From positions 612,662 to 676,661 of the forward strand of contig CBFFRQ010000053.1 of NCBI GenBank assembly GCA_965644315.1: DNA of 64,000 bases, given 5' to 3'. Position 1 is the first letter of the stretch. Each line of letters starts with the position of its first letter. A program made the position numbers and the translations under genes. A model generated the notes under the pieces. The model worked only from the letters and a program-made list of their open reading frames with translations. It was not told the DNA's origin and searched no databases. The stretch is from Caecitellus pseudoparvulus (lineage: Eukaryota > Protista > Bigyra: Bicosoecida). Positions 1 through 12,073 of this stretch are shown here, piece after piece.

Positions 1-804
1 AAGCAGCGCCGCAAAGCCGCGCAGGCTAAGCACCGCCAGCATGGAGCGGCTCGCTCACCAGCTCCCGTGACGAAGCCGGCCCTTCCCCAGCAGACACAGG
101 AGCCGTCCCAAACACACCCACAAAGCACGCAACCACCCGCACTGGCGCAGCGTGTGCTTCGGGAGGTCATCCAGGCACACCCTGGCAAGGAAGGCAAGCA
201 GCCCCTCTCAGCTCAGGTAGTCGGCGTGCCCTCCAAGACACGCGTCCTGGTACGCTTCACTGACTCCGCTGGCTGGATCACGCTGCAAGGCGTCGTGAGT
301 CTGCCGGACACCTCTGCCGTGCAAGTTGGCGCACCTGTGCACGTATTGGCAACAGACGTCAGGCCCAGTGACCAAGGCAAATCCGGAGACGAATGGGTTG
401 TGCAGTGTGCTCCTGCCCCTTCGCCTGCCCGCCGAGCTCACTCCAGCACGCCGCCGCCACCCGCCGCGGCAGTGCCTGGCAAGACAACCCCACAGACACA
501 GGCTGTGCCGGCCAACTCAGCCACGGCCAGCAAGCCTGCCCCAGTGCGAGGCAAGCGCATGTTTAACCCACATGCCGCCGAGTGGGTGCCATCTCCCGCA
601 CAGCACCCAATGCCGCCGCCGTCGCCGTCGCCGTCGCTGGTGGCTGGCATGTCGTGGGCGGCCCAGCAGCAGGCGGCGCTGTCGTACAGCTTCATGATGC
701 ACCAGGCACACATGGCACACATGGCACGGGTGGCAGGTATGCCCAGTGCAGCAGCAGCAGCAACAGTGCCGGCCACCCAGGCCAAGGTGGCGGATGCGGA
801 GTGA
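1..804 (+). CDS. 3' part of a PAM2-motif protein with a possible S1/OB-like domain (5' end outside window)
   Basis: The frame is open from base 1 to TGA at 802-804. KRMFNPHAAEWVPS (~553-594) fits the PAM2 consensus (LNxxAxE[F/W]xP). A beta-rich stretch LSAQVVGV..RVLVRF..LQGVV..VQVGAPVHV is S1/OB-like (weak). The tail is P/Q/A-rich. Confidence 0.6.
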   Translation, partial: KQRRKAAQAKHRQHGAARSPAPVTKPALPQQTQEPSQTHPQSTQPPALAQRVLREVIQAHPGKEGKQPLSAQVVGVPSKTRVLVRFTDSAGWITLQGVVSLPDTSAVQVGAPVHVLATDVRPSDQGKSGDEWVVQCAPAPSPARRAHSSTPPPPAAAVPGKTTPQTQAVPANSATASKPAPVRGKRMFNPHAAEWVPSPAQHPMPPPSPSPSLVAGMSWAAQQQAALSYSFMMHQAHMAHMARVAGMPSAAAAATVPATQAKVADAE

Positions 805-987
805 TGGATCGGCGATGTAATGCAAGGCAGTGCCCGGCGCATCATCACGCAATGGTTGCATTCACAATGGTGCCTGTGCGTCAGGCCTTGAAGATGGCGG
901 CACGCGCAGCCTTGACGATGGTGGCGTGGTCCGCTGACAGGAAGGCGCCAGTCTTGGCGGTCTTCCACTTGGTAGCCTCCTCCTTGG
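686..987. repeat. Direct repeat copy 1 (~300 bp) of 15127-15421
   Basis: Manual alignment from acagcttcatgatgcac to gtagcctcctccttgg shows about 9 substitutions and a 7-bp indel (caggcac) relative to 15127-15421. Confidence 0.95.
881..987 (-). pseudogene. Orphan 3'-terminal fragment of eIF4G inside direct repeat 1
   Basis: Reads KEEATKWKTAKTGAFLSADHATIVKAARAAIFKA*, matching the eIF4G C-terminus at 15315-15421 (…AAISKA*). Similarity ends abruptly at 987. Confidence 0.9.
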
Positions 988-1390
988 AATCAGCTCATGT
1001 TTGGTGCCCCCAAACAGTTCGCGACACTCGGCGCTCTGCCACAGTCCACAAGCCGCGTACATAATCCGAGGCAATTATATCAATGAAAATGTACAAAAAT
1101 TCGTGTTTCCGGTTCTCTTCTGCGTCTGGCTTGCCCTCTGGCGGCGCACACTGCGTGATTGCGTCGTGTGTTGACGACTTGTCAATTTCCGCAAGTCAGC
1201 TCTTGCACGAGCTGTGGTTGGCAAGCCAGCCGCCATTGGCCTTTGCAGCACCGCCAAATCGGCTCTTCAACACTTGAAGTAACAGTGAGTGCAGTTCTGT
1301 GGCGTGGCGTGGCGATTCTCGTGGGCGCTCGTGCCTGCGTTGCCGCGCGCAAACTACACCCGGCACGATCTTCCGCACTGACTCTCAGGC

Positions 1391-3270
1391 ATGGGAGAAG
1401 CAACGTCACCCACGCTTGCCGCCCGCGGAACGAGAGAGCCTGGTCCCTTTGAGGAGATGTGTGTTGGTGCGCAGCCCCTGTGCAGTCGTCAAGTATTGAC
1501 CGAGGAGGACGATGCATTGTTGGCAGACATGGCAGCCGACACCACCCACCCCTTCGTGCCGATTGATCACCTGCTGCCGGCCATCCAAACACTGACTCGG
1601 ATGAAACGGATACTGCACGGTTGGCGTGGAGTGTCATCAGCCTACCTTCTGACAGGTCCCAGCGGCGTTGGGAAGACCCATCTGCTGGAGGCACATGCCC
1701 AGCAGTTGACTGTGAGGAACGCCAGAGCGAGAGGCGGCCGGCTCACACTGTGTTGCAGCACGAAGCTTGCTGTACGCGAGCCTTCAGACACTAGTAGCTT
1801 TCATGAGTGGCTGCTCAGGTCAGCCGCGAGCCAGCTGGCCGAGCTGCAACAACATGAGTCTGTCGCAAAGGTGCTGAGGCTGCTGGCCGGCTCTGCATGT
1901 GTGAACCCTGCACGACAGACGGTAGACGTGCAGCATCTGCTGGCCATGGCTGCAGGGGACAGCACCGGCAGCACTCCACCCACAGAGCTGTCGCCCGAGG
2001 TGCACGCAGCTCTGACTGGTGCTGGCACGAAGAATCGCCTGGGCCTGGCCTGCGCCGTGTTGAAGGAAGCCAACATCGCCGTCATTGTGCACATTGATGA
2101 CGCCGACTGTCTGTTCCAGGGCAAGCACTTCACACGGGGGTGTGCGAAGCGGTGGTGCTTGCAGCTGAAGGATTTGCTGTCTTTCAAGTACCCTGCAGTT
2201 GGCGTGGTCCTGTGCACTTCCTTCCAGCGGGCCAGCCAACTGTTCGTAGACGACGGAGAACCTCATGACTTCCCGCCCCGCTTCACACATCACGATCTGC
2301 GAGAGATCTGGAGCAGGCCTAAGTTCAAGGTCAGGCACACTCCCGTGGGAGGGCCTGCTTGGAACTGCACGTCTCTCATGGCCTTCCTCCTGACACACGC
2401 GGGCAGGGAAGTGGGCAGCTCATTCTCCCTCTTTCGGCGCCACCTTGACCAGCAGCCGTCAGAGGTAGCGCTTCGGGTGGCCAGGGGGCTCGATGAGCTG
2501 TGCCTGCAGAGCTGGAAGGGGGACGCTGGAGCAAGCTCTGCAGAGAAGCTGGACGCTTTCCTGGTGCACATCATGGAGCAGTTCGGGCACACACCCCAAG
2601 ACCTGGAGCATGCGGTGCCTGAGCTTGTGGACGCATGCCAAGCGCCTCAGACATGGCCAGTATCCACGGAGGAAGCTGCAGTGAAACTTGTCTCACGTGA
2701 ACATGCCCGTATGTTCAGGCTGGTGATGGATACTTTCCTGGAGATCTTGCCGGATGACGAGCAGGAACAGCTGGCCAAGGACACCCTGCTCACCTTCCGC
2801 TCTGGGCGGTACGCCGTGTCCAGTTCGCTGCTGGAAGAGTTCCTGGACGTATACATCACCCGCCAGGCACAACAGGCCGCAGCCGCAGCAGGTGGCAGCG
2901 CAGCTCACCAGGCACGTGCGCTTGTATGTCCGGCTGCTCTTCATTGCGTCAATACTGCCATGGATGCTGGGTGGCTCTCACCCCACCCCCGTGGTCTGAG
3001 CCTGGGGAGCCTGCAAGTGTACCGCCAGAGCATGTGTGGGGGTGTGCACCCTGACATCAAGTAGATACGGGGTGGTGGGTTTGGCGAGCAGGCTGAGATG
3101 CCCATGGCCCCTGTCTTTGCGAGGATGCCGAGGTTCAAAGGACGTGTGCTTGTAAAGCGTGCTGACGGGTCAGGGTGGTGCGACAATGTTGGCTCAAGGT
3201 CTTGATCACTGGGGTAGTGAGGGCTCCCAGCGTGTAGTCCCGCCGACCCTAGGTGCATCAACGATACAGG
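1391..3270 (+). pseudogene. Decayed paralog of the NTPase-nuclease gene (premature stop, nuclease region deleted)
   Basis: Near-identical to 12074-14896 over ~1496-3190 (Walker A GPSGVGKT at 1655-1678, Walker B VIVHIDD). TGG in copy 2 is TAG at 3062-3064. After ~3195 it jumps to the equivalent of ~14825, so about 0.8 kb with the D..QxK motifs is missing. Confidence 0.85.
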
Positions 3271-3862
3271 CAGAAGCGCAGCATTTGGAATGCAAAGCAG
3301 CGCCGTGCACCTGGCCTCGAACGCCGGCACCGTGTCTGGCTCTCTGCACTCCTAACTCGCCGCGCGCCTCTTGCCGCTTCTGCCCCAGATCTGTCACGCA
3401 GCGTATCTTCCGTGGAGATTGGGCTGGGCTGTTCAGCTGCGCTGGTGCTGCTGCTTCTTGCAGCATGCTGGAGCCCTGCTGAGACCCCGCTGGCCCATTC
3501 ACTGCACGGCACTGCCTCCATCACCTTCCACGCTGCAGAATACTTCCTGCAGCCAGGAGTGGCAAGCGTAGTCACGTCGCCCAGTGCTGGAGAAACGCTG
3601 ACTGGTTTGGTGATCTGAAGAAAAGAAACAGCGTTGACTCCCCCACAAATCCCCGCACAAGATCTGCCACGCACCTGGTTGAGCAAATCGTGAACCGACC
3701 GTTTTCATCGTCCTCCAAGGACTGTTCTGGCATTTTCAATGCACGCTTGACCACTTCGCCGTCCCTCACAGTGCCCGGGCACAGCGTTGGGGCAGGGTCG
3801 ACTCAAGATCGCGCGAAGCTGTCCCTCAACCAGATCTGCAAAGCAGCTTTCGAGCGCCACGT

Positions 3863-6800
3863 GAGGAAGCGGGTGCCACGTACACCCTCCTGCACTGGCT
3901 GCAAGACGAGGTGAAGCTGCCGGGCCCTGTGGACGATCTGGCAAAGCACTTCAGCAATGGTTACGCCTTCGCTGTGGTGCTGCACAACACCAACCAAATG
4001 ACGCCAGCAGAGTTCGGCCAGTGTGTGCAGGACGAAAAGAGCGACTCCAAGATTCAGAACTACTGCCAACTCTTTCCAGTCTTCCGACGGCTGGGCATCA
4101 AGTTCGATGCTCGCGTTGCCCAGCAGCTCATGCTGCGCAAGCCTGGCACCGCCCAGCGTGTGATGTACGAGCTGCGGACGGTATTGGCGCCCCTGTCACG
4201 AGTGAGGGTGGAGCGTGACTCGGAGTCCAAGCAACGCTTGCTGAAGCAGCGCTTGACGACCCGCAAGCCTCAGTACGACGCGGCACAGGCTGCGATATTT
4301 GAGCGCAACATCCGCGCCGCTGCTGAGAACCAAAACGCCGTCTTCCTCGACAAGCACATGGCCAAGTTCAAGCAGCACGTGGACGATCTGTGGGCCAGTC
4401 GAGACGCGACACATGCTGCCCGGGTGGGGGCGCACCGCAGCGCTCTGCGCCAGCAGCGCCAGCAGCGCTTGCACGCACTTCGCACACGGCACATGGTGGT
4501 GCATGCTCGGGAGGAGGCAGGTATCCGCGAGTGGCAGCGCAACCAGGAGATTCGCCTTGCACAAGTCCTGGCAGCGAAGGAGTTTCGGGCGACCAAGGCG
4601 GCCAAGGCACGGTCTGCTGCGAGGCGCCGAGTCGCCGACGCCCAGCGCGACACCACGTCAGACATTGCGGCGTTCGAGGCGAGGGCTGTGGCACAAGGCG
4701 TGCCAGTGATCGGCGCTGAGCCGTTGGACGAAGCCACCCTGCGTCGCAGCGTGCGCCGGAAGCTGGCGAGCCGAGCACGGACGAGGAAGCCAAGCTCGCC
4801 CAGCTGCCGGGCACGACCCTGACGTCTCAGGACACCCTGCACCTCCGCTTGACCCGCAAACTGGCCACCATCCAGGCGAGGGAGGACAGCGAGCCTTCCC
4901 CTGTCATGCAGCGCCTGCAGTCCAGGGGAGGAGGCGGCGGCGAGGCGCTGGCTGCTCGTGCTGCGCGTCGAAGCGCCTTCCTCGTTGCGTCCCGTGCAAG
5001 TCGCACGCGCCTGCACGCCAGGCAACGCCACGCCCAGCTGAAGGGCCTGCTCATGCACCGGTGTGGCTCGGAGCAGGAGTTGGATGACGTGGTGCTGCGC
5101 ACACTCAAGTGTGAGCTGGTGTTCCGGCAGAACCGCGCTTGTCGTGAGGCCGCGGTGGCGGAGCAGGCCAGGCGCGATGCCGACCTGCAGCTGGCCCGCC
5201 AGCGCGCTTCGCTGCTACAGCAGCAGAGTGCCTTCGAGGACGATGTCACTGCCTCGGCAGACAGGATGGTGGAGGCTGCAGGGGCTCGGCGGCGAGCGCA
5301 CGTGCACAGGGCGCACGCGATCGCCCTCGCCTGTGTGCAGGAGCTTGTCGAGGCTGCGCTGGGCTTGGCATGTGCGAGGGAAGCCAGCAACATACGGCTG
5401 CTGGAGCAGAGTGCGGGCTCTGCGGCGATGCCGTCCCTGCGTGTTCCGCGGCAGGGCGAAGAAGAGGGGAAGGAAGCGGAGGGGAAGGAAGAGGGGGGCG
5501 GTGTGGCGAAGGCGGATGGGGGAGTGCTTGTGGAGTGTCCTGGAGGGGTTGACCCGCTGACTGCCATTTTCACGCGGGTTGGCTTCAGGCACGCCGCTGG
5601 CATGCACAGCCACACTCAGTGGGCTGCCTCGCAAGCACTGCCGCTTCCCGACGTGCTGACCAGCCCTGACTTCGACGATGTCGTGTCACCCAAAGCAGGA
5701 GGGCGCAAGAGCCCGTCTGGTCGGCGGTCTCGGGCATCAGACACCGCGGATGATGCTCACACTGAAGTGCTGACTGTTCAGCGGGCTGCTGCAGCGTCGC
5801 TTGGCGGCGCTGGCGCGGCCACACTGCCCGCTGACGCGGCAGCAGATGAAACCAGCCACTCGCAACCCATGCCAGGAGTGCCCATTCCCCCTGGTGTCGT
5901 GGTGGCCATGTTGGGCGTGCAGGCCCAGCCTGCAGGCTGCAGTTCGCACGGCGAGGGCCCCAGTGCGCTGGACGAGGGCCTGCCCAAGGCAAGTGTGGAA
6001 GTCAGCGTGGGTGTCGAAGACGACACTTCGGAAGGCGGAGATGGTAAGGAAGGCGCTGATGCCGGAGCTGTGGAGCGCATCCAGGCGCGTTCGGGCCGTG
6101 CAGATAACGTAGAACAGCTGCGCCTGCCTTCTGGAGCAGGGGAAGGCGGGGCTGTTTCTGTCGGTGGTAGCTTGGAGCAGGCGCCAGCCCAGTCCGGGGC
6201 TGGTTCTGCAGAGCTGGTTCCGCAGCAGGCGTCTTGTGGCATGGCTGACACTGAGGTGAGTCCAGTTGCCATGGAGCTTTTCCAGCACTACGTTGCCAGG
6301 CACTTTGTGTGGCCAGCCGACGCCCCCGTGCCAGACGTGGTGGGCGACGAGGAGGCGGTGGCGGCTGCTCAGGCCCCACTGGAGGCACCCTTCCCGCCTG
6401 TGCTGGAGGCGGAGTCCAGCCTTCTGTCGCCAAAGAAGAGCCCTTCCAGCAAGAAAGGCAAGGCGGACGTTGCCGAGGTGGTCCTCCCGCATCCCGCCCC
6501 GCAGCCTGCTCTTGCCGCAGAGCCTCAACTACACGCTGCACAGCACCTACTTGGTAGCGTCTTGCAAAAGCTTCGCCGGGCAGCTGGCCCAGAGCCAGCT
6601 CTCCCCCCAACGTGCGATGTTCCGCAGTTTCCCTTCACCGTGGCGCTTGTGGGCCCTCCGGGCTCGGGAGTCAGCACGCAAGCTGGCTTCTTGGCCGCAG
6701 CACTGTCCTTGAAGGTGTTGCGTCCCAATGCGCTCATGTCACAGGCTCTGAGCATGGCAGATGGCAGCCTGTCCACGGAGCAGTGCGACCTCAGTGCACC

Positions 6801-9800
6801 CCACGCGGAAGCCCTCAAGAGGGTCGGGCAGCACGCACGGGCGGCAATGGCAGAGGGCGCAGCTGTGCCGGAGGTGTGCATGGTGCAAGCTGTCTTGTGT
6901 GGCATTCGCGACATGGCACGCGCACCAGTGGACCCATCCCTGGTCTCACTGCCTGCGCACGGCGAACCCCCCCCTCCCAGCGGTGATAGGGCTGACATTG
7001 AGCGGCTACATGACACCGTGCCCGCTGCAGCTGCCGCCCCCATGGAAGATGCCAACGGAGAAGAGCAGAAGTCTGAAGAGCCGGGGCCAGCCAGTGCCAA
7101 GCCTCATGCCCGAGAGCAAGCCCACCGAGGGTGGATTTTGGACGGCTTCCCGCAGACTCTCACTTAGGCAGTGCTGTTGGAAGAAGCCCTGACCTGGCAA
7201 GCTCCTGAGCTGGGTCCTGGGCTGCCGGAGCGAGCCCGTGTGGAGGGCCGGGGGACATGGGATACCAGTACTGCCCGACAGAAGGAACCCACTCAGGAAG
7301 ATGCTTGGGAAGCGGGCATGGTGCTGCCGGTGCCGCCACACCCTGTTCTCGACGCGAACGCAGATGAGGAGGACGGCCTGCCCAGCCATCGAGCACCCTG
7401 ACCCGTCTCTGCCCCAGTCCCTCTGCCCAAGCACCCCCATGGCGTGAAGCTCCTGATCCGCCTCGTGCTGCCCCCTGAACAAGCCCTACGCAAGGTGCTT
7501 GGCGTGCGTGTGGACCCAGCCCGCTTGGTCACTTTGGAAGCTTCAGATGCTGCAGAAGCAGCTGCTGCGCCAAGGGATGAAGAAGGGTCGCTGCAAGACG
7601 TCTTGGATGGTGACGTACCGTCCGCTGGCGCTGCCGTGTTTGGCCACGAGGGTGTCGACGGCACCGTCCGAGCTGGAGCCCGGGGCTTGAACCCACCCGC
7701 AGCTTTGCGGGGAGAGGCCATGAACGTGGTCGTCGGTGCTGAGCCGCTCCAATCCGTGACAGAAGGCAAAGCTGCGCAGGAAGAGGAAGAGGAAGAGGAG
7801 GTGCGCTGCGCCACACCCCAGCGCCGGGCCGAGGCAGGCGGCCCCTCTTCGAGCACAGCGCCGCGCCAAGGCGTGGTTGGCGCAGAACACCTCGCCGCAC
7901 AGGAGCAAGCAACAGCCACATTCACCTCCGACGCTTGGAGCAGTCCCAGCAGTGGACGAGGTGCGCCCAGGCGGAGGTCAGCAGGAGCCCCATGTGCCTC
8001 TTCGCAGTGCTGAGTCGCGCAGCCTCGGCTGCTGAGGAAGACATTGCCGCGCGTGAGGCAGCTCGTGAGCAGGTGTGGAGAGAGACCCTCGCACGCAGGG
8101 ATGCGGCCTTGGCGGCCGATGCCACAAGCGCTGCCACGGAGCTCGCCTTCCGCCACGGGGAAGACGTGCATGTGCAAGTTGTCGATGCGTTGGAGGCTCA
8201 ACAGGCAGAAGCCGCTGCGGCAGCCGCCGCTGCAGCGGCTTCCAAGAAATCTGGCTCCAAGGGCAAGTCCGATAGTCCAAAGGCAAGTGTGGCAGAAGGC
8301 AAGTCTGCAGATGGTGATAGATCCGAGCATGACAGTGCCCAGGAGGAGGTGTTGACCGCCTCTTCCTTGACTGCAGAGGAAGCTGAGGTGGTTGCGCCAA
8401 GTCTGCACGAACCGTATGTGATTGCCCCCGACCTTCCACCTGCTCCTTCCTTGGCCCAGGTTCCTCCAGCCTCGCCAACTGCCGAGCCTGCCGTGCATGA
8501 CACAGCTGAGGACGTGTCCCCCCAACGGGCGGAAGCACAGGTTGCGGCTCAGGCTGCCCTTGCAGCGCGAGCCGCTGCCCAAGCGTTGGTTGTTACTCCA
8601 GCACGCTTCGCAGGGGCTTTGGAAGACTCTGTGCCCCGAGACAAGGCGCTGGGCCTCCTGGCACAACTCTGGCAGCAGGCAGTTTCACACTACGGGCAAA
8701 TGCTCAGCAGCAGCTTCCACCGAGCTGCCTTGGAGCAAGTGGGTGTGCACGCGCGGTTGGGGGAAACGAGCCGTCTTCTGCACCGCTCCTTGCGGCGCCC
8801 CGTCCCCGCCTACCAGGCTCTCATGCGCCATGCTCAAGACGCAATCAACAGCTTGTCTTGGACTGAGCGCATGGGGCCCTCAGCGGAGGCCTGGTCTCAA
8901 GTCCCGTCTGTTGAAGAAGCAGCTTTGCAGGTGTGGGTGGAGGAGGCTCTGGAAGCCTCGGGTGGCAGCAAAGCTACCGCCTCAAAGTAGGGTAAGGGTG
9001 CCGCTGCGCCCGAAGCACAGGAGCCGTCGCCTGAAGCAAAGGCCGAGAAAGCAGCCTTGCGAGCGGCTGCGACCCGAGCTCAGCTGGCGGAAACGGTGCA
9101 GGTTGCCACCTCCTGCATGTTGGCCACTGCCGAAGCCCGGCGGGAGAGCGCCTTGCACCTGCTGCACGCAAAGGGGGACGACGGGTGGGTGCAGTACGTG
9201 CAAGGGGCGCTGGCGTCCCACTTCTGCAGCGCAGTGCAGGCAGAGGGCGACCGCCTTGTCGCCTCCCGCCTGGTGCTGATGGGGTACATGCGGGCGGCAG
9301 ACGGGGCGGATGGCTGTGGTATCCTGACCGGTCGCAATGCTGCGCACACCCAGGAGCCTGCAGATGAGGATGCTGCCTCCACACCTCGCAAAGGCAAAGC
9401 CGCCGGTGCCAGTCTATAAAGCGGCAGCAAGAAGTCCGCTGCGTCGGAAGACATCATGCCCGACAGCACCTCGGACATGCTGCAGCTCAGGGAGCACCTC
9501 GAAGGGACAGCACTCAGCGCCGTGAGAGCAGGTGAGCTGCTCGCTGCTGGCCATGTGGTGCTGCCCTGGGAGGGTTCCACAGGCGACGACCGCACCCCCT
9601 CCACCCCTCGTAAGGGTGCAGGCGGGAAGAAGGGCGGCGCTTCCAAGGCTGGCAAGGCCGTGGAGGAAGAGTCCAGTGCAGTCCGGCCACTGGCCGGCCC
9701 ATCCCCTGCCGCAGCTATTGGCCCTGTGATTGCCCCCGTCTGCCCAACTCTCTCAGTCGCCCCCCCCGCGTGCGACACAGCCGACCCTTGCATCAGTACC

Positions 9801-11494
9801 GGTGGTTCCGTCTCCGGCGCCGGATGCTTGTGACGGACTGTGGCAGGCAGTCAACCAAGACGCCGCAGCAGCCCCTGATACAGCCCGCTCCGGCAGCAGC
9901 GCGGGCAAGAAGCGCAGCCCACGGAAGGGACCTTCTGCAGTTGACCCAGATGATGATGGACTGCAGCACTGGCCCACTGGTTGGCCTGCAGCCAGTGAGC
10001 TTCCAGGCACTCCCCCCAGCGAGTGGGAGGCTGTTGCTGAAGCGGCAGGGGAAGCGGCGTCCCGACTGCGCACGCTGATCCAGGGCGCTGCACTTGGCAC
10101 CGGCGTTGGTGTGCCAGCCCATGGGGCGCAAGAACAGGCGCTCATGGAAGTTCTGGATGCTGCAGTCGCTTCACTTGCCCGGGCCACGGCGAGCGAGTCC
10201 CTGGCACAGCATTTTGCCGTGCAAGCTGCAGCTCGGGCAGAGGCACTGAGCGCTGCACAGGGCGGCAAGGGCGGCAAGAAGGGCGGCAGCAGCAAAGCAT
10301 GCAGCAAGAAGGACAAGCGCAAAGGAGGCAAGGATGACCCTGCTCCCGACGAAGTCCAGCAAGCGCTGGCTTGGCGAGATGCCGCCTGTCCACCTCCACA
10401 AGCGGACCAAGCGTTGCGACTGGCCCTGCAGGGTGCCGAGTCCCTTGCAGTCAACGTGCTGCGCCTGGTGGACGCAGAGGTGCAGACGCAAGAGCTGCAA
10501 CGCCAGCGCCACGCCGCCCTTGCTGTTGCCCGCGAGCGCCAGCGGCGTCGGCTCGAGTCGGAAGCTGCTGAGGCGGAAGCAGAGGCAACAGCGGCGATGG
10601 AGGCAGCACAGTTGGCTGAGGAGGAGGCTGCCGCTGCTGCAGCCGCTGCGGCAGCGTCGCCCAAGAAGGCATCCAGCAAGAGGGACAAGGCATCCGCCGG
10701 CAAGGGAGGTGGGAGGAAAGACAAGAAGGCAGGCAAGGAGGAGGTCGTAGAAGCGTCCCACCCCCCCCTCCCTGATGCAGGGCACGCAACCGTTCCCCCT
10801 GCCACCTGGTCAGCGGTTGTCGCTCAAGTGCAAGAGTTTCGTCACCGTGTGCGGCAGTTGTGCATGGCAGCTGGTCGAATGTGCGCAGCTGTGGAGGCTG
10901 CGGCATCCCGAGCCATGCGCGCTGGTGAAGCGCGCATTAACTTCATCATCGACCAGGAAGTCCGCGCCGTGCGTGCTTTTGAGGCTTACGCCATGCAGGC
11001 TGTGGCTTCTGGTGCACGGCTGCCACACGAACTGCGCTTCGTGCGGCCTCACGCAGCAGCTGACCTGGACTTGCTCCTGCCTGATCATGTGCAGCAGACG
11101 CCCAGCTTGCTGGCTTGCCAAGTCCCCGAAGCTGTTGCGCTGGGACGGGGAGTTCCGCACCCGTTCGCGTTGGACGCGGACCATGACTCGAGTGCTGAGC
11201 CAGAGCCGGAGCCTGCGGAGCACGGCGAGGGCAAGGATGCTGCTGGTGCCCCTGGGCTGCCTCTTCTCAAGGCTCCCGTGCAGCTACTGAGTCCCACTGG
11301 AGATCCACTTGACCCCACGCCATCAAGTGATCCGCAGGAATACGTGCTCCCGTATTCTCGACTGCACTTCCGGCGCCATTGGCAGCAGCGGCGGCTGCTG
11401 CGGAAGGCCTGCCATGGCAGAAGAGGAGGCGACCACCCGCGAAGCCGATGAAAGCACCACGGCATCAGTCAGACCAAAGCGAGGTAAAAAGTAA
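3863..11494 (+). pseudogene. SPEF2: SPEF2/CPC1-like (central-pair protein: CH domain, coiled coil, adenylate-kinase-like domain), multiply disrupted
   Basis: N-terminal CH domain: LLHWLQDEVKL..LAKHFSNGY..KIQNYCQLFPVFRRLGIKFD..KPGTAQRVMYELR. ADK-like motifs: LVGPPGSGVSTQA, GWILDGFPQT.xAVLLEEALT, VLGVRVDP. In-frame stops at 7165-67 (TAG), 8988-90 (TAG) and 9417-19 (TAA). Frame changes near ~4750, ~7385, ~7430, ~7920, ~9790 and ~11370. No in-frame ATG upstream of the CH domain. Confidence 0.75.
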
Positions 11495-12073
11495 ACCCTG
11501 CCATTGAGTTGGCTTACGCCAAGCCAAGTTGGGTGCGGGCTACCTTTGTCGTGACATGCACGCAAAGCTACTGGATTGGGATCTATGTGAACAATGCCCT
11601 GGCAGAACGTGTGCCACGGATGCGATAAGTGTCAGGCTGGATATGGGCCAACCTAGACGGGCTGGTGCTTTCAAGAGGGGGAGGTGGCGGTGTGGTGTGG
11701 TCCGGCAACATTTCCCTGAGCCGCAACGATACCCTGGCGAAGCAGAGCACACTCAAGGTGCTACAAACCTTTCACCGACCAAATCTGTGCACTTTTCCCT
11801 TGCAAGCATGCCCTTTTCTGCCGTTGCCCGCGACTTAACTGCCCTGTGGCTGGGCTCACGGTGTCATTGCGCCGTCTGGTTGTGACTTGAGCAAATTCCG
11901 CACGGCACACTTTGCAAGAGCTGTGCCTGGCGAACGTGCGGTCATTCCTCTTGACGACACCGCCTAATTGGTTCTTCAACACTCGAAATTAACAGTGAGT
12001 GCAGTTTTATGGCGTTGCGCTGCGTGGCTCATGAATCCTCATGCGTGCCACTGTACCCTTGCGTTGACTCAAG

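Noticed and set aside
1018-1035. Possible terminal inverted repeat with 15112-15128 (tcgcgacactc vs tcgcgcactc)
   Set aside because: The match is only ~10 bp, imperfect and offset from the junction, which is expected by chance in GC-rich DNA.
7165-9419. Stop-codon reassignment (TAG/TAA = Gln), suggested by GFPQTLT*AVLLEEAL where SPEF2 normally has Q
   Set aside because: TAG ends CLUAP1 (27100) and the intact NTPase gene (TAG TAG at 14894), and TAA ends ARPC5 right after its conserved RKTV. The TAG at 3062 corresponds to TGG in the paralog. The stops are confined to a gene that also has many frameshifts, so decay explains them better.
11529-11885. Short ORF between the SPEF2-like gene and NTPase unit 2
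   Set aside because: It has a non-ATG start, no recognisable motif and overlaps the unit-2 leader, so there is not enough support.
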